From contig CP128819.1 of assembly GCA_051546255.1 (NCBI GenBank), positions 1-64,000 of the forward strand: a stretch of DNA of 64,000 nucleotides, read 5' to 3'. The notes beneath the pieces are model-generated. The model saw only the letters and a list, made by a program, of their open reading frames with translations, had not been told where the DNA came from and searched no databases. The position numbers were made by a program, and so were the translations under genes. Positions 62,692-64,000 of the stretch are shown one piece after another; positions within the stretch are counted from its first letter, which is position 1, and each line of letters starts with the position of its first letter. Origin of the DNA: Meyerozyma guilliermondii. Lineage: Eukaryota.

Positions 62692-64000
62692 ATGGCTGAC
62701 ATCAACGAAGCTTATCCTGTCAAGGAAAACACCGCTGGTGGTAAGACTGCCTTCAAGGATTACATTGGAAAGTTTGCTCACATCGAGGACCCATTGGAGA
62801 GAAGAAGATTGGCTCTTGAAGAAATTGACCATGCTGGTTTCGGATGGACTCAAGTCAAAATGATTATGATTGCCGGTGTTGGTTTCTTGACCGATTCTTA
62901 TGATATTTTTGCCATTAACTTGGGTATTACCATGTTGTCTTATGTCTACTGGGAAGGAGGAAAAATGCCCCAATCCACCACCACTTTCTTGAAAGTTTCC
63001 ACCTCGGTTGGTACCGTTATTGGACAATTGGGTTTCGGTATGCTGGCTGATATTTTCGGTCGTAAGAAGATTTATGGTTTGGAATTGATTGTCATGATCG
63101 CGGCTACCATTATCCAATGTTCTTTGGGTCCTTCTCCCGCCATTAACTTTGTGGCTGTCTTGGGTTTCTGGAGAATTATTATGGGTATCGGTATCGGAGG
63201 AGATTACCCTCTTTCCTCCATCATCTCATCGGAATTTTCCACCACAAAATGGAGAGGTGCTATCATGAGTGCGGTTTTCTCCAACCAAGGTCTTGGTCAA
63301 ATTTTTGCCGGTATTGTTGCCATGGTTTTGGTGGCTGCCTACAAGGGTCCATTGAACGTGAGTACCACCGAATGTGTGGGTGACTGTAGAAAGGCTTGTG
63401 ACCAAATGTGGAGAATCTTGATTGGATTTGGATGTGTTCCAGGATGCATTGCCTTGTACTACAGATTGACCATTGCTGAATCTCCAAGATACTCATTGGA
63501 TGTTAACGAGCACGATGATGTTCAAAAGGTTGCCGACGCTGAAGGTGCTCTTGATGTTCATGCCCAAGAGATTGCCCCTCCAAAGGCTTCTTTCAAAGAC
63601 TTCTGGAGACATTTCGGACAATGGAAATACGGAAAATACTTGATTGGTACTGCCGGTTCTTGGTTCTTCTTGGATGTGGCTTACTACGGATTGGGTTTGA
63701 ACACCTCGGTCATCTTGCAAGCCATTGGTTACGCTTCTTCCACCAACCTTTACCACAAGCTTTACAACACCGCTGCCGGAAACTTGATTTTGGTTTGTGC
63801 CGGTTCTTTGCCAGGTTACTGGTTCACTGCTGCCACCGTTGACACCATTGGACGTAAACCAATTCAATTGGGAGGCTTCATCATCTTGACCATTTTATTC
63901 TGTGGAATTGGTTTCGGATACCACAAGTTGACTGACAAAGGTTTGCTTGCATTGTACGTTCTTGCTCAATTCTTCCAGAATTTCGGTCCTAATACTACCA
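62692..64000 (+). CDS. PHO84: High-affinity inorganic phosphate:H+ symporter, 5' part (runs off the window)
   Basis: Read by hand: MADINEAYPVKENTAGGKTAFKDY...DPLERRRLALEEID...GVGFLTDSYDIFAIN...GIGIGGDYPLSS...QFFQNFGPNTT. Confidence 0.96.
   Translation, partial: MADINEAYPVKENTAGGKTAFKDYIGKFAHIEDPLERRRLALEEIDHAGFGWTQVKMIMIAGVGFLTDSYDIFAINLGITMLSYVYWEGGKMPQSTTTFLKVSTSVGTVIGQLGFGMLADIFGRKKIYGLELIVMIAATIIQCSLGPSPAINFVAVLGFWRIIMGIGIGGDYPLSSIISSEFSTTKWRGAIMSAVFSNQGLGQIFAGIVAMVLVAAYKGPLNVSTTECVGDCRKACDQMWRILIGFGCVPGCIALYYRLTIAESPRYSLDVNEHDDVQKVADAEGALDVHAQEIAPPKASFKDFWRHFGQWKYGKYLIGTAGSWFFLDVAYYGLGLNTSVILQAIGYASSTNLYHKLYNTAAGNLILVCAGSLPGYWFTAATVDTIGRKPIQLGGFIILTILFCGIGFGYHKLTDKGLLALYVLAQFFQNFGPNTT

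Noticed and set aside
333..64000. Transposons, LTRs, tRNA or rRNA genes
   Set aside because: No gag/pol/transposase motifs, terminal repeats or tRNA A/B-box cloverleaf were recognisable by eye. A tRNAscan-SE or RepeatMasker run would be needed to exclude them.

Overview
Left end of a budding-yeast chromosome. It starts with about 41 copies of an 8-bp telomeric repeat (G-strand ACTGGTGT, the repeat described for Meyerozyma/Candida guilliermondii). CTG codons align to Ser in paralogs and conserved motifs, so this is a CUG-Ser clade yeast and CTG-derived Leu in the ORF track should be read as Ser. The first 40 kb is accessory subtelomeric DNA. It holds two related catabolic clusters. Cluster A (1.2-8.7 kb) has a C2H2/Fungal_trans TF, a lactonase, a Gfo/Idh/MocA dehydrogenase, an UNC-93/Ngt1-like transporter and an HSL-type hydrolase. 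Cluster B (29.7-40.5 kb) has an ACS-type MFS, RidA, a paralogous TF, a paralogous hydrolase, a Dsd1-like PLP/Zn dehydratase and a DapA-like aldolase. The promoters carry GTGGGT arrays (A) or GTGGGG arrays (B) that match the zinc-finger code of each cluster's own TF. Together the genes could form a non-phosphorylative amino-sugar(-acid) catabolic pathway (inference). Also present: a secreted aspartyl protease, a detox block (Zn2Cys6 TF, two DHA1 pumps, FDH, GST), a pair of unknown secreted Kex2-type proteins (one broken by a TAG), a COG0523 GTPase with ZRE-like sites, ENG1, SDH2, a second FDH, MRPL44, a secreted protein made of nine Kex2-bounded peptides plus a Flo11-type domain, an F-box protein, a frameshifted Zn2Cys6 TF next to an RTA1 gene, duplicated small membrane-protein genes with interstitial telomeric repeats, and the 5' part of PHO84. 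All family calls come from motif recognition by eye; no database searches were run.
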